From NCBI GenBank assembly GCA_037137655.1, contig JBAXJX010000001.1, forward strand, positions 97,188 through 161,187: a DNA stretch of 64,000 nt, in the 5' to 3' direction. Within the stretch, counting starts at the first letter, position 1. Each line of letters begins with the position of its first letter. This stretch comes from Candidatus Falkowbacteria bacterium. Lineage in GTDB: Bacteria; Patescibacteriota; Patescibacteriia; Patescibacteriales; UBA12465. Both the position numbers and the translations under genes were made by a program. Positions 62,369-64,000 of this stretch are shown here, piece after piece. The notes below the pieces were generated by a model. The model was not told where the DNA came from, did not search any database, and saw only the letters and a program-made list of their open reading frames with translations.

Positions 62369-64000
62369 ATGTTAAAAGTTGAAAATAAAATTTTAGCAAA
62401 AGCCTCGGCTGTTTTATCCTCGGCCTATCCAAATTTCTCCGGAGATGGTTTGTCTTTAAGTTTTTCGCCGGAAATAAAATTCGGTGATTTTGCTTTACCT
62501 TGCTTTTTATTAGCCAAGGAATTCAAAACTTCGCCTATGGAAGTGGCTGCGACGATCGCCGCGACGCTTTTTGGCGATGACTATTTTGTGAAGGTTGAAG
62601 CTGCTGGTCCGTATGTTAATTTTACCGTGAAACCGGAATTTTTATTTGAAGATTTGATGAATTTAGATCAGACTGATTGTGTTTTGTCGGCTGGGGAAAG
62701 AATAATTTTAGAATATTTATCACCCAATACAAACAAGCCGCTACATCTTGGTCATGTGCGCAATGGTTGTCTTGGCATGGCGATGGCTAATATTTTAGCT
62801 TACACCGGTTATGACGTAACTCGTGCTAGCTTGGTTAATGATCGCGGTATTCATATTTGTAAAAGCATGTTGGCTTGGCAAAAATTCGGTAACGGTGAAA
62901 CACCGGAAAGTACCGGGGAAAAGGGGGACCATTTCGTGGGCCGCTACTATGTTAAATTTGCACAAGAATCTGATAACGATCCTAAGTTAATTGAGGAAGC
63001 GCAAGCGATGCTCCAAAAGTGGGAGGCTCGTGATCCGGAAATCCTATCTCTTTGGCACACCATGAATACTTGGGTGTATAGCGGTTTTGAAAAAACTTAT
63101 AAAACACTTGGGTTTAATTTTGATAAATTTTATTATGAATCCGAATTATATAATTTAGGTAAAGATATTGTGGCTGATGGTCTAAAAGCTGGCGTTCTAA
63201 AGAAAGAAGCTGATGGTTCAATCGCTTTTCCGCTTCCAGTGGATAAATTTGGTTTAGATCAGGATGATAATGAGAAGAGAGTTACTTTGCTTCGAGGTGA
63301 TGGCACTAGTGTCTATATTACTCAAGATTTGGGCGTGGCTCACAAAAGATTTGTGGAAGAAAAATTCTCCCAAGCCGTATACGTTGTTGGCAGTGAACAA
63401 ATTTATCACTTTAAATGTTTAATTGAGGTTTTAGCGGCACTTGGTTTCGCTTGGGCTAAAAACATTAGACACTTGTCTTACGGTATGGTTTATTTGCCGG
63501 AAGGTAAGATGAAATCCCGTGAAGGCAAGGTGATTGATGCTGATAATTTAGCGGCCGAATTAATTGATTTAGCGAAAGCAGCGGTGCTCGAAAGAAATTC
63601 TGACGCCAGTATTGATAATGCTGAAATTGCCCTCCGAGCCAGTAAAATTGGTTTAGGAGCTTTAAAGTTTTTTATTTTGCGAGTGGGTGCTGATGTGGAT
63701 ATTCATTTTAATCCAAAAGAATCAATTTCTTTTGACGGTGTGACCGGTCCATATTGCCAATACGCCTTTGCTCGTATTAATAGTATTTTGCATAAAGCCA
63801 GCGACTTTGATTTGGCTCAAGCCGATTTGTCGTTACTAGGAAATTTGGAAGAGCGTTTTTTAGCGCAAAAGATATTAGCTTTACCACGTAAAATTAAAGA
63901 GGCAGCGACAACATCTAATCCATCTTTGGTGGCGGGTGGTGTTTATGAAATCGCCAAAGCTTTCAATCAATTTTATCACCACCATCAAATATTAGGCGAG
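62369..64000 (+). CDS. argS: Arginine--tRNA ligase, 3'-truncated by window edge
   Basis: Absent from the ORF track because there is no stop inside the window. Read by hand from the ATG at 62369: MLKVENKILAKA...GPYVNFTVK...EYLSPNTNKPLHLGHVRNGCLG...DRGIHICKS...GSEQIYHFK. The frame stays open to base 64000. Confidence 0.93.
   Translation, partial: MLKVENKILAKASAVLSSAYPNFSGDGLSLSFSPEIKFGDFALPCFLLAKEFKTSPMEVAATIAATLFGDDYFVKVEAAGPYVNFTVKPEFLFEDLMNLDQTDCVLSAGERIILEYLSPNTNKPLHLGHVRNGCLGMAMANILAYTGYDVTRASLVNDRGIHICKSMLAWQKFGNGETPESTGEKGDHFVGRYYVKFAQESDNDPKLIEEAQAMLQKWEARDPEILSLWHTMNTWVYSGFEKTYKTLGFNFDKFYYESELYNLGKDIVADGLKAGVLKKEADGSIAFPLPVDKFGLDQDDNEKRVTLLRGDGTSVYITQDLGVAHKRFVEEKFSQAVYVVGSEQIYHFKCLIEVLAALGFAWAKNIRHLSYGMVYLPEGKMKSREGKVIDADNLAAELIDLAKAAVLERNSDASIDNAEIALRASKIGLGALKFFILRVGADVDIHFNPKESISFDGVTGPYCQYAFARINSILHKASDFDLAQADLSLLGNLEERFLAQKILALPRKIKEAATTSNPSLVAGGVYEIAKAFNQFYHHHQILGE

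Overview
The window is AT-rich, very gene-dense and mostly plus-strand. It looks like a Candidate Phyla Radiation / Patescibacteria (Parcubacteria-like) chromosome. Support for that: four type IV pilin-like genes with a G|FTLIELLVV prepilin signal, a minimal Gram-positive-type T4SS-like cluster, almost no Shine-Dalgarno sequences, many fused or shortened housekeeping genes, and standard code with TGA used as stop.

Content in order:
- 5'-truncated pilin-FISUMP gene.
- CIRCE-controlled hrcA-grpE-dnaK-dnaJ operon.
- tatD-family gene followed by a pilin-LamG gene.
- Complete F1Fo ATP synthase operon (atpZ/I-B-E-F-H-A-G-D-C). It runs without a terminator into a five-gene complex-I / group-4-hydrogenase-like module whose Ni-Fe and Fe-S ligands are all replaced.
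- A stand-alone gene with a beta-carbonic-anhydrase-like CxDxR...H...C pattern.
- A roughly 10 kb T4SS-like cluster (VirB6/TrbL-like giant, two paralogous unknowns, PrgI-like, VirB4-like ATPase).
- radA.
- A minus-strand block: two small membrane genes behind duplicated promoter modules, a roughly 370 nt GC-richer non-coding stretch, recG, and tRNA-Arg(GCG) abutting the recG start.
- tRNA-Ser(GCU) followed by an accessory-looking stretch (PARP-like ART, NDT-like, DUF5680-like, and others).
- pgeF, a flavodoxin-like gene, ung, purB, a pyrE-pyrF fusion and tRNA-Ser(UGA).
- A second pilin-FISUMP gene, recQ, membrane proteins, VIT1, DUF3160 plus a Memo-CapA fusion, NUDIX and gltX.
- A third pilin-FISUMP gene bracketed by identical terminators, a membrane protein, and 3'-truncated argS.

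No rRNA, CRISPR array, transposase or integrase was seen.

All family calls come from motif recognition by eye on the supplied translations. No database search was run, so borderline calls carry low confidence.

Best candidate for a new system: the ATP-synthase-linked, cofactor-less complex-I-like module plus the adjacent carbonic-anhydrase-like gene.
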